A DNA stretch of 42,195 nt, taken from the NCBI GenBank assembly GCA_027083015.1, contig JALWQS010000136.1, forward strand, positions 1 to 42,195, written 5' to 3'. Source of the DNA: Candidatus Woesearchaeota archaeon (GTDB lineage Archaea; Nanobdellota; Nanobdellia; Woesearchaeales; UBA11576). This document shows, piece by piece, positions 23,769 to 32,599 of this stretch. Positions within the stretch are counted from its first letter, which is position 1, and each line of letters opens with the position of its first letter. The notes under the pieces are model-generated. The model saw nothing but the letters and a program-made list of their open reading frames with translations, did not search any database and was not told the origin of the DNA. The translations under genes were made by a program, and so were the position numbers.

Positions 23769-24863
23769 ATGGCTACTGAAGCTAAGAAAACTATTGTAGA
23801 GGATGTTGTTCCTCAGGTGACTGAAATGGATATGTCAAGTGATGATTTGATGGATGATAAGAAGCTGGGTGAGGATCTTAAGGTTGATAAGCCTGAGCCT
23901 TCTAAGAAGACTAAGGACAAAGAACCTGAAAAGGAGCCTCAGATAGAGGATCTTCCGGGTGTTGGCGCGGCTACTGCTGAGAAGCTTCGCGAGTCTGGTT
24001 ATGATAATGTGATGGCTATTGCTGTTGCTTCTATCGGTAAGCTCGTTGAGGACGCTGGTGTTTCTGAATCTGTCGCTCGTAAGATGATCCAGGCTGCTCG
24101 TAATTCCTTGAAGATGGGTTTTATGAGTGGTGAAGAGGTCTTGGCTAAGCGTGAGCGCGTTCACAAGATCACTACTGGCTCTAAGAATTTTGATGAGTTG
24201 CTTGGTGGTGGTTTTGAGACTGGCTCTATTGTTGAGTGTTTTGGTGAGTTCGGTTCTGCTAAGACTCAGGTTGCTCATCTGCTTGCTGTGAATTGTCAAA
24301 AGGATGATCCTTCGGCTGTTGCTGTCTATATTGATACTGAAAATACCTTTCGTCCTGAGCGTATCAGGCAGTTGGCTGAAGGTGCGGGTCTTGATCCTGA
24401 GAAGGTCTTGCGTAACATAAAGGTTGCTCGTGCTTACAATACTGATCATCAGATGTTGTTGGCTGAGAAGATCTCTGAGCTTATCAAGAATGAGGGTCTT
24501 AATGTTAAGGTTGTTATTGTTGATTCCTTGACTGCTCATTTTAGGGCTGAGTTTATTGGTCGTGGAACTCTTGCTGAGCGTCAGCAGAAGCTCAATAAGC
24601 ACATGCATACTTTGCTTAAGCTGGCTGATATGCACAATACTCTTGTGTATGTTACTAATCAGGTTCAGGCTGATCCTGCGCAGTTCTTTGGTGATCCTAC
24701 TAAGGCTGTTGGCGGACACATCGTCGCTCATGCTTCTACCTTTAGAATCTACTTGAGGAAGGGTAAGAAGGGTTCTAGGGTTGCTAAGCTTATTGATGCG
24801 CCTTCTTTGCCTGATGGTGAAGCGATGTTCTTCGTTGAGACTCAGGGCTTGAGGGATGCTTAA
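23769..24863 (+). CDS. radA: DNA repair and recombination protein RadA
   Basis: HhH region [18 protein letters not shown], Walker [10 protein letters not shown], Walker B VVIVDS, and the typical C-terminal [10 protein letters not shown]. Has a about 55-aa acidic/Lys-rich N-terminal extension. GAGGTGAG SD. Confidence 0.95.
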   Translation: MATEAKKTIVEDVVPQVTEMDMSSDDLMDDKKLGEDLKVDKPEPSKKTKDKEPEKEPQIEDLPGVGAATAEKLRESGYDNVMAIAVASIGKLVEDAGVSESVARKMIQAARNSLKMGFMSGEEVLAKRERVHKITTGSKNFDELLGGGFETGSIVECFGEFGSAKTQVAHLLAVNCQKDDPSAVAVYIDTENTFRPERIRQLAEGAGLDPEKVLRNIKVARAYNTDHQMLLAEKISELIKNEGLNVKVVIVDSLTAHFRAEFIGRGTLAERQQKLNKHMHTLLKLADMHNTLVYVTNQVQADPAQFFGDPTKAVGGHIVAHASTFRIYLRKGKKGSRVAKLIDAPSLPDGEAMFFVETQGLRDA

Positions 24864-24895
24864 GCTTATTGTTTGGGCTTCAGCAAGTTTTCGCC

Positions 24896-24906
24896 TTTTA
24901 TTTTTT
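24896..24906 (+). terminator. oligo-T tract downstream of radA
   Basis: TTTTATTTTTT lies 33 nt after the radA stop, and further T-runs continue to about 24950. Archaeal terminators are typically oligo-T. Confidence 0.35.
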
Positions 24907-25051
24907 GTTCTTACTTTTTGTTCTTATTGTTTTCTTTCTTGTTATTTTTTGGGCTTCTCTGCTTATTTGAGATTGTTTACGCGAAACTCTTGAATATATA
25001 GAAAATATAGAAAAAGATCATTAAAAAATTTCTAAAGATTTTTCAGGACTT

Positions 25052-26026
25052 TTATCCTCCGACGTGTTGTACTGTCAGCGTCTTTTGTATGTACTGGTCG
25101 TAATCGTATGTTAGGTCTATTCTTACCAGTTTTTCTATGTCTGTCGGGTTGTTTATTGTTTGTGTGCACCTTATCTCTCTTGCTCCGTTGAGTAGTGTTG
25201 CGTCTCCTTCATAGGTGCTTCCTGATGCTGCTCCGTTCTGTAATCCTGAACAGGTCAGTCCATCGGTAAGTCCTGTATCTATCTTTACGTGTACTTTATC
25301 TTTGTCTGCGAATTCTTTGCTGCATCCTGATCCTTCTTTATGTACGGTTCCTGTTCCTTTATGCTCTACTTTGAATACGAATGCTACTTTGTTTGCTGAA
25401 CTTACTGATTCTCTGAATGAGGTTACTTGTACTGGTGCTCCTGAGTTTTCTACTGGTTTTTCTTGGTTTATCTCGCATAGTTTTCCTGAGCTTCCTGTTG
25501 TCCCAAGTATGTCTTCCAGTACGCATAGTTTTGTGTTGGCTACTGTTCCGTATTTGTAACAAACATCTGCCCGCACATTATACTGGACGCTTCCTGCTAT
25601 TGTTTTTTGGTGTACGAAGCTGTTTCCTGATGCTGGAAAGTCCAGGCTTATTGTTTCTCCTTCTACTTTTCCGCCTGATGCATCTATCTGCGCTCCTCGC
25701 AGTCCGGTATCGGGACTTTCTGTCAGGTCTGACGCGCTTACTCCGAAATCTGCAGGGTCTATTCCTGTTATGCTTGCTTTTACGTCTGCTCCGTTTTCTA
25801 TGTTATGTTCTCCTACGTTTTTTAGTACTAAGCTGATCGCGAATGGTTGATCTTTATCCATGATCTGGTCTGGAAGGCTTCCTGGAGCGAATGATAGGTC
25901 TAATCCTTGTGTTCCTCCTACGAATCTTGCTCCTGCTGGGCCTGTCTCTTTTTTTTCGTTTCCCGAACATCCTGCTAAGAGTGTTAGGATTACCAAAAGC
26001 ATGATTGCAACTTTTAACTTCCTCAT
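25052..26026 (-). CDS. lipobox protein, envelope-module paralog A (324 aa)
   Basis: Signal with lipobox LLAG|C and an AAGGAGG SD. Shares five ordered sequence blocks with 26077-27015 and 27116-28270 (for example GTQGLDLSF, LKNVGEHNI, CYKYGT..KLCV, SGAPVQVTS, RIDLTYDYDQYIQK). Confidence 0.75.
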   Translation of the reverse strand: MRKLKVAIMLLVILTLLAGCSGNEKKETGPAGARFVGGTQGLDLSFAPGSLPDQIMDKDQPFAISLVLKNVGEHNIENGADVKASITGIDPADFGVSASDLTESPDTGLRGAQIDASGGKVEGETISLDFPASGNSFVHQKTIAGSVQYNVRADVCYKYGTVANTKLCVLEDILGTTGSSGKLCEINQEKPVENSGAPVQVTSFRESVSSANKVAFVFKVEHKGTGTVHKEGSGCSKEFADKDKVHVKIDTGLTDGLTCSGLQNGAASGSTYEGDATLLNGAREIRCTQTINNPTDIEKLVRIDLTYDYDQYIQKTLTVQHVGG

Positions 26027-26076
26027 TTTTTTAACCTCCTTGATTATGCTCTTCTTATGCTCCTTGATTACGTTCT

Positions 26077-27015
26077 TTATGCTCTTCCAAAGTCAAGGTT
26101 TTCTATCTCTACCTGTTTAGATATTGAGTTTTTGTAACCATATACCAGTTCTATCCTTAATGGTGTTTGGTATGCTTGTCCTTGTGTGGATCTTGGTGTT
26201 TGGCAGAATATTGTTGCTTTGCCGTTCACCAGCCTTACTTCATTGTTTGATGGTTGGCAGGTTACTGGTTCTCCGCTTCCTAATGATACCATATATTGTA
26301 TTTTGTTTATATCGTTGTATGTTAGTGATCCTGGACAGGAGTTTAATGCGTTGATGTCATAGGCCATTCCTTTTCCTGCTCCTCCGACATTTGCTATGTG
26401 TATCCTGAAGAACATGCCTCTTGGCGTTGCTTGGCTTTCCACGCTTTCTACTGCGACTGGTGCTCCTTGGCTTCCTGTTCCTATGACTTTTTGTACGTAG
26501 CATGCTTTGTCGCTTACTGTATCTTGAGGATTGGGATCTATACATACCATTGGTGTTGCATAGGTCTTGTATGGGTAGCACGCTGTCAGTAAGAATGTTG
26601 GTTTGTAATTCGGCATTTCTGGCGGTAGTACGATGTTTTGTGCTTCCATCTGCACTGTTGTGTACCCTCCTTCAGGGTTGAATTGTGTTTTTCCTTCTAG
26701 AGGCATCTGTAGTGCGAAGGGGTTTGGTGTTATAGGCAGCATTGTTGCGTCATAGCCTGATAGGTAGAACATTGCGCTTTGTACTGTTGTTGTTCCCCGA
26801 TTCTTTACTTCTACTAGGAACGTCAGTGGTCCTCCGGTGTATACTTTTACTGGTGGTTGTTCTGGTGTGAATGTCATGACCAGTCCTTCTGTTCCTGTTG
26901 CTGTGAATGCTGCGCTTGTTGGAGGTTCGTTTTTTCCTCTCTGGTAACCGCAGCCTGTTGTTATCAGTAGCACTAGAAATAGTGAGAATACCCATATTTT
27001 TTTGTTTGTTGCCAT
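26077..27015 (-). CDS. lipobox protein, envelope-module paralog B (312 aa)
   Basis: Lipobox ITTG|C. Paralog blocks GTEGLVMTF, VKNRGTTTV, CYPYKTYATPMVCID, QGAPVAVES, RIELVYGYKNSISK. Confidence 0.75.
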   Translation of the reverse strand: MATNKKIWVFSLFLVLLITTGCGYQRGKNEPPTSAAFTATGTEGLVMTFTPEQPPVKVYTGGPLTFLVEVKNRGTTTVQSAMFYLSGYDATMLPITPNPFALQMPLEGKTQFNPEGGYTTVQMEAQNIVLPPEMPNYKPTFLLTACYPYKTYATPMVCIDPNPQDTVSDKACYVQKVIGTGSQGAPVAVESVESQATPRGMFFRIHIANVGGAGKGMAYDINALNSCPGSLTYNDINKIQYMVSLGSGEPVTCQPSNNEVRLVNGKATIFCQTPRSTQGQAYQTPLRIELVYGYKNSISKQVEIENLDFGRA

Positions 27016-27050
27016 TTTAAGCCTCTTTTCTCATATTTCTCTGTTTTTGT

Positions 27051-27067
27051 GTATAAAAATGTTTCGG
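27051..27067 (-). promoter_or_regulatory. BRE/TATA-like box (minus strand CCGAAACATTTTTATAC)
   Basis: About 40 nt upstream of ATG 27015, with an AGAGG SD in between. Resembles the GAAACATTTATAAAT box at 14489. Confidence 0.4.
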
Positions 27068-27115
27068 TAAAATCATAAGAATCGGTGAAAGCGCCTTTAT
27101 TAGCTCTTACTTGTT

Positions 27116-28270
27116 TTATCCTGGACAGCAGACGTTTGTTTTTCCTCCCGGACAGTATCCTACCTTACATCCCAGTCCTTCTATGCAGCTTGCATCTCCG
27201 GTTGGGCATTCAGCGCTGACGTCTTTGCAGCTGTAACCTTCAAATGTTGAGCTGCATTTTCCTTCACCTTTTGTTCCTGTTCCTATCATGTTCTGACAGT
27301 CTGCTGCTTCTCTTCCTCCTGGTGGTGGTTGTATCTTTATCTCTTTTATCAGTTTTTGTAATATGTAATACTTCATCTTTATCACTAATGGTGTTGTGTA
27401 TGCTCCTGCGTTTTTGTCTACATATGTGCTGCATATGATCCCTGATCCTTTTTCTTTGAGTTTCATGGTTTTTGCTGGTTTGCAGGTCAGTTTTTTTCCT
27501 CCTAAGCTTACTTCTATTTCTGCTTCGTTGATCTTTGTTACATCATCGCATGCTACGTTTGGGTTGAATACTGATACTCCTTTTCCTGCGAATTTCTTTA
27601 TGTTGATGCTTATCTCTACTTTTGTTTTTTCTCCTGTTTCTATGATTTGCGGTTGGCTTATTGACCAGACTCCTACTGGCCCTCCTTGTCCTCCAGATAA
27701 TGTGTATGCTCTCATGTCGCATTCTTTCTTGTCGCCTTTTTGTCTTTTGTAGTATAGTGTGTCTATGCAAATATCCTGTTGCGCTGTTGTTTCGTAATAA
27801 TAGCAGGCCATTGCTTGTAGTTTTGCTGTGTAGTTTTTTCTGAAGCTTCCGTATGGTATGCATACGCTTTTCATCGGAAATGTCAGTACATCTTCCTGTC
27901 CTTCTTTTAGGTATTGGCTTTTTCCTTCCAGCATGAAGTATTTGGTGTTTGAGTCTGTGAATTTGAATGCTTCTGCGTCTGGTACGCTTATTTTCATCTC
28001 TGCTCTGTCTACTATATTGTAGGCACCCATATTCTTCACTTTTATTCCTAGACTGAAGTCGGTTCCTGAATACATGGAATCTGGTGGCATCCCTCTCATT
28101 ATTGACATGCTTATTCCTTGTGTTCCTTCTCTGAAATCATACGTGGGTATGTCTTGTCCTCTTCCTCCGAAGAACTTGCTGCATCCTGTAATTAGCAGAA
28201 ATGTCATCATGCTTAATGCCAGGATTATTGTCATGACCCTTTTGTTTTTGTTGGTTTTTTTGTTTCTCAT
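27116..28270 (-). CDS. lipobox protein, envelope-module paralog C (384 aa) with an extra Cys-rich C-terminal tail
   Basis: Lipobox LITG|C. Paralog blocks GTQGISMSI, VKNMGAYNI, CYYYETTAQQDICID, QGGPVGVWS, VIKMKYYILQKLIK. Has a C-terminal CxxxC-rich about 60-aa extension. Confidence 0.75.
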   Translation of the reverse strand: MRNKKTNKNKRVMTIILALSMMTFLLITGCSKFFGGRGQDIPTYDFREGTQGISMSIMRGMPPDSMYSGTDFSLGIKVKNMGAYNIVDRAEMKISVPDAEAFKFTDSNTKYFMLEGKSQYLKEGQEDVLTFPMKSVCIPYGSFRKNYTAKLQAMACYYYETTAQQDICIDTLYYKRQKGDKKECDMRAYTLSGGQGGPVGVWSISQPQIIETGEKTKVEISINIKKFAGKGVSVFNPNVACDDVTKINEAEIEVSLGGKKLTCKPAKTMKLKEKGSGIICSTYVDKNAGAYTTPLVIKMKYYILQKLIKEIKIQPPPGGREAADCQNMIGTGTKGEGKCSSTFEGYSCKDVSAECPTGDASCIEGLGCKVGYCPGGKTNVCCPG

Positions 28271-28372
28271 AGGATTCCCTTGCCCTTCTTCTTTATGATG
28301 ATTTGCCTGTTTTACTGTTCTTAGTCAATACATTTATATTCGCTATTATACTGCTTATTCGCTCTTTATCTT

Positions 28373-31123
28373 TTATTTTGCAGGGGTTAATATGCTGTCA
28401 CAGAGGAATATGGCCGGATTTTTTGGTGTGTTCTCTGCTCCCCAGGACCAGCCTGCTGATTTGAATGCTGATACGACGCATGTTGGTATGTCTGTTTTTA
28501 CCTCTGTCCCTGTCTGTCCTCCTGGGTTCTTGGCAGGATTTATCTCTATTTGTATTCCGTACGCTGCTAATGAGGGGTATTGCGGGAAGTCTGGATCTGG
28601 CATGTTTTGGTATCCTTTGATCGGTGGTTTTTTCTCAAAATAATCTGCTCCTTCTTTGCAGTTCTGTTGGATGTTGCTTTCTGCCTCTTCTAGTTTAGGT
28701 TTTGCTTTTTTGTTTATTTTTATCTTTTGTCCGAAGAAGGTGGTTTCTTCTAGGTTTGTTCCTGGCTTTCCTAGTTGCTTTTGTAGTTGCTCGTGTATTG
28801 CTTTCAGCACATCATCTGAAGAAGCAGCTTCTTCTTTTTTCACGCCTAATTTTGTTGTTAAGCTGCTTGTGCTTCCTTTTACGGTTACGGTTTTCGCTTT
28901 TACTTTTGGGCATTTTTTTCCGTCTGGTGTTAGTATATCGACGATATTTTCTTTCTGCACTATATAATTGTAGCTGACATGTCCCAGGAATGTTATTCTT
29001 TGCGCTGTTCCTATTATATCTTCTGGTGATCCTGAATATTCAAACTGGCAGCTTGGCATCACTTTTTGCAGTCCTCTTCCCAGGTCTTTGAAGCTCAGTT
29101 CTTTCCAGTAGTCTTTTCCTAAGGTCATCTTGTTTCCGCTTATCTTCCATTTTCTGCATAGTTCTGGTACAGGTCTTAGATTCTTGGGTATTATTATTGT
29201 CATCTCGTTGACGCTTCTTAGCCAGCCGTCAAGTTCGTTTTCTAATGCGACGCTGAGCTTGAGTTTTTTCTGTGATTTGCCTGTCGTATCTATGCCTATG
29301 AGTGAGCTTTGTTCTGTTATCATGAACAGTGCTATCGGTCCTTTGTCTGATATTGACCTGTAATCTTCTATTTCTGGATGTAGTTCTTTCATTGCTGATT
29401 GTACTGCTGATAGACTTCCTAGTTCTATGTCTTTTGATTTTGCGTATTCTTTTAGTTCTTCCTCAAGGTAGGTGTTGTCTATTATGTAGTTGTTCAGTAC
29501 GGAATCTGTTGTCAGGTCGTCTGCTTCTACTGTTATTGTTACTGCCATGTCTCCGCAGGTATACACGTCAGGATAACAGGTTATTTCCTCGTCAAAATTA
29601 TCTCCCGATAAGGATGTTGGACTTACTGTTTGTGGTTCTCCTGCATAGAAGTTTACATCTCCCCCCACCTTATCTGATCCTGCGAGTTTTTTGAAGCTTA
29701 GTTCTCGTGGTTGCATGTGACAGACCACTTTTGCTTTCATAGGTCTTTTTGGGCTGAACCCATGTACTCTTGCGCTTATCTCTAATGGTTCGTTTTGGGT
29801 TATCTTTTTCGGGTTTGGTAGGTAGGAGTCTTTTATCTCTATTCCGACGAACCTTTTTTCGTTCTCTACTTTTCCTTCTACTCGCTGTCCTGTTGCTTGT
29901 TGTATGCTTTTTTTGTATTGTGTTTGGAATCCTCTTACTGCTTTTTGTATGAAACTTTGGCTTTCGTGCGCTCCTTCTGCTGCTGTACCTTTGGCTCCTT
30001 GTGCTGATATGGATGCTACCTTTCCTGCGACCCACGCTGCTGGGCTTCCTATCGCTGTTCCTGGCACCCCTATTAGTCCTACTATCAGAAATAATGCGAT
30101 TGCTATTTTTCCCATCCCTGATGATAGGAATCCTTTTTTTTCATCTTCTAATCCTGCTATTCCTGCAGCGAAGTTTATTTTGTTGGGTTTTCCTGATCCT
30201 CCTGTTCCTCCCGCGCTTGATATTCCAGAACTTCCAGAACCTCCTGATATGCCGGAACCGCCTGTCGTGATTTTCGTTGTTGCTGGTTTGCTTGAGGCGC
30301 CTCCTGATCCGCCTAAACCTCCAGAGCCTCCTGAACTTCCCGAACTTTCTGTTTTGGGTATTGCTTGTACGCTTCCTGGTGTTCCCGCTGATTGTTTTAT
30401 CTGTTGCGCTTGTGATTGTAATTGTTGTGATTTTTGTGATTCGCTTACTATCTTTGTTCCTAATTGTTGGTTTGCTTGTTCCATTTTCTTGTCTCGAAAA
30501 GCATGTCTGACTCCTTCCATGATGCTTAATGGTATTCCTACAACGTCTGCTCCCGGTATTGCTGCTGCTGCGTCTATTCCCGCATCAAGTTTTTCGTCTC
30601 TTTGATAAGCGCTTCTTGCTGCTTCTGCTTTTGCTATCTGTGCTTTTTTTGCTGCTATCTCTGCGTCTCGTTGTTTCTTTGCTTCTTCTAGTTTTTTTAG
30701 TGATTGTTCTAATTGTGCTTTTTGGTTTTTTAGTGGTGTAGTATCATATTCTGGTGGAGCATGTTCTATCTGTTGTTCTACCCGGTCTATTTCTTGTTTC
30801 ATTTCTTTTATCTGTTGTTCAAGAGGTTTTTCTCCTTCTTCCATGCTTTTTTCTTCTGTCTTTTCTTGTTTTGCTTGCGCTCCTAGTTCTTTTGCTTTTT
30901 GTATGTCCGACACTGCTTCGCTTAGCTGTGATGCTACATCTTTGATTCCCATACCTCCGGGTTTTGATGCTGGTTCTCCTCCTGCTCCAGGAATTCCTTT
31001 TGCTTCGCCAGCTTTGGCTGGCATTTTCTTCGGGATTTTTGTAGGGATCTTTACTCCTGCTTTGTTAAGTAGTAATTTTTTCAGAATTCGTTTTCCTTCG
31101 TCTATTGCTGACAGACTGTTCAC
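28373..31123 (-). CDS. 916-aa bitopic membrane protein: cytoplasmic coiled coil + Gly/Ser-rich region, TM, ectodomain related to the three lipoproteins, C-terminal degenerate M15-like module
   Basis: No N-terminal signal. Heptad-rich charged region (EQQIKEMKQEIDRVEQQIE...), a GSGG low-complexity stretch, and TM helix IAIALFLIVGLIGVPGTAIG. The ectodomain ends RITFLGHVSYNYIVQKENIVDI (compare RIxLxYxY in the lipoproteins). The tail SLAAYGIQIEINPAKNP...GWSWGAEN resembles M15 blocks without the metal ligands. The start is GTG 31123 as listed in the track, and it directly abuts a GAGG, so the exact start is uncertain. Confidence 0.7.
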   Translation of the reverse strand: MNSLSAIDEGKRILKKLLLNKAGVKIPTKIPKKMPAKAGEAKGIPGAGGEPASKPGGMGIKDVASQLSEAVSDIQKAKELGAQAKQEKTEEKSMEEGEKPLEQQIKEMKQEIDRVEQQIEHAPPEYDTTPLKNQKAQLEQSLKKLEEAKKQRDAEIAAKKAQIAKAEAARSAYQRDEKLDAGIDAAAAIPGADVVGIPLSIMEGVRHAFRDKKMEQANQQLGTKIVSESQKSQQLQSQAQQIKQSAGTPGSVQAIPKTESSGSSGGSGGLGGSGGASSKPATTKITTGGSGISGGSGSSGISSAGGTGGSGKPNKINFAAGIAGLEDEKKGFLSSGMGKIAIALFLIVGLIGVPGTAIGSPAAWVAGKVASISAQGAKGTAAEGAHESQSFIQKAVRGFQTQYKKSIQQATGQRVEGKVENEKRFVGIEIKDSYLPNPKKITQNEPLEISARVHGFSPKRPMKAKVVCHMQPRELSFKKLAGSDKVGGDVNFYAGEPQTVSPTSLSGDNFDEEITCYPDVYTCGDMAVTITVEADDLTTDSVLNNYIIDNTYLEEELKEYAKSKDIELGSLSAVQSAMKELHPEIEDYRSISDKGPIALFMITEQSSLIGIDTTGKSQKKLKLSVALENELDGWLRSVNEMTIIIPKNLRPVPELCRKWKISGNKMTLGKDYWKELSFKDLGRGLQKVMPSCQFEYSGSPEDIIGTAQRITFLGHVSYNYIVQKENIVDILTPDGKKCPKVKAKTVTVKGSTSSLTTKLGVKKEEAASSDDVLKAIHEQLQKQLGKPGTNLEETTFFGQKIKINKKAKPKLEEAESNIQQNCKEGADYFEKKPPIKGYQNMPDPDFPQYPSLAAYGIQIEINPAKNPGGQTGTEVKTDIPTCVVSAFKSAGWSWGAENTPKNPAIFLCDSILTPAK

Positions 31124-31195
31124 CTCTTTGTGCCTGAGCGCTTAAATGATTAAATAAATGGTTAAATGAGTGGGTTGTTCTTTGTTTCTTCTTTC

Positions 31196-32443
31196 TTACT
31201 CTTCGTATACTTCTAGGTTTTGTATCTCTAATGGAGTTTCTGGAGATATCTTTATTGCGTTGTTGCCTTCTGTTACGTAATCGTCAAGATTTTTCTCAAA
31301 CTCCCTTTCTGTCTGGTACAGGTTAGTCTCTCTTCCGTTGATGTTTATCTTTGCTGATTTCGTATCTTCTGAATCTACGAATGTGATTTTCATCTTTACA
31401 TGTAATTGGCCGTTTTTTAATGCGTCCATGTCTTTTTTCGGCATCTCAAAGAAGTATGTTGGTTGCACTACTGCTTTCATCTCTGATGTTATCCTTATGA
31501 GGTCTATCAGGTAGCTTCCTTCTTCGCTTTCAAACACGATCTCATTTTCTCCTTCCCTTAGGATTTCCGGAGGGAACTCTATTGCTACTCTTCCTCCGCA
31601 ATCAGGTATGGCGTAATGTATTGATTTTTGGTTTATAAGAACATTGAGTTTTCCTGTTCTTCCTGTTGTGCAGTCTGGTGTGAATCTTAGTATTGATCTT
31701 TTGACATTTGCTTTTTCTGTCGCTGATACTATGAATATGTTTCTGCTTTCTTGTCTGCTTGTATCTTTTATGTCTGCTGTTACTTGTAGGTTTTCCATCT
31801 GGAATATGTTTCTTCTCCAAAATGCCCATCCGGTTTTTTCTGCTTCAAACTCTATATTGTTTGCTCCGTTTAGCAGGTAATTATCCGGTAGTTTTATCGG
31901 TTCAGGATTCTCTTGTGATATTGTTCCTGAATAGACTTCATTTCCGTTTAATCTCACTATCAGCGTTCCTTTGTGTTTTGAGCTTCTGAATGTTAGTAAG
32001 GCATTCTTTGTGTTTTTTACATCGTCTACATTGAAGCTTATTGTTGCTTTTTTTTGCCCGAATATGCTTGATTTTACGTATATGCTATTGGTATTCTGTA
32101 GTACCTTTGATTGTGTTTTCGAGTATAGAGTTAGCGCTGGTATGTTATGTTCTATCTTTTCTGCTTTTATGGGGCTCAACACTCCTGGACTTGCTTTTAA
32201 CAATGTTCCTTTTATTGCTCCTCCTGCGCTTGTCATGCTTGTTGTTGTTCCGTTCCCTTCTAGTATCTGGTCTCTGTAACTTGGTGGTATGAATAAAAGA
32301 TAGAATATGATCAGTAATGCTAATACCGCTACTAGTGTTGCTGCTGATGAAGCGTCTTGTGCTTTTTTAGAAATTTTTTGTTTAAGGATGGTTTTTTTAA
32401 TAGGTCTTTTTTGAGAATTGACTATTCTGGGGGCGGGTTTCAT
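31196..32443 (-). CDS. 415-aa exported or membrane protein with a class III-like signal and three repeated beta-sandwich-like modules
   Basis: ISKKA|QDASSAATLVAVLALLIIFYLLFI has the same KKAQ tetrapeptide as the giant protein. Three repeats follow the pattern L.F....G.L.V.(L/I)NG..(V/I)......(I/L)....(L)..G.N.I.F. AGGTGA SD. Confidence 0.7.
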   Translation of the reverse strand: MKPAPRIVNSQKRPIKKTILKQKISKKAQDASSAATLVAVLALLIIFYLLFIPPSYRDQILEGNGTTTSMTSAGGAIKGTLLKASPGVLSPIKAEKIEHNIPALTLYSKTQSKVLQNTNSIYVKSSIFGQKKATISFNVDDVKNTKNALLTFRSSKHKGTLIVRLNGNEVYSGTISQENPEPIKLPDNYLLNGANNIEFEAEKTGWAFWRRNIFQMENLQVTADIKDTSRQESRNIFIVSATEKANVKRSILRFTPDCTTGRTGKLNVLINQKSIHYAIPDCGGRVAIEFPPEILREGENEIVFESEEGSYLIDLIRITSEMKAVVQPTYFFEMPKKDMDALKNGQLHVKMKITFVDSEDTKSAKININGRETNLYQTEREFEKNLDDYVTEGNNAIKISPETPLEIQNLEVYEE

Positions 32444-32599
32444 ATGATGTCACCTTTTTCTTTAAATACTGACACTTCAAAATGAATATCTTTATATATT
32501 TAATTCTTTCTGTTTTTTTGGGTTTAGAACCTCTGAAAAGGGTTTTTAGGCGTGTTAAAATAAGATGAGCAAATTTTTTGTCTTATTAGCTGATTATGA

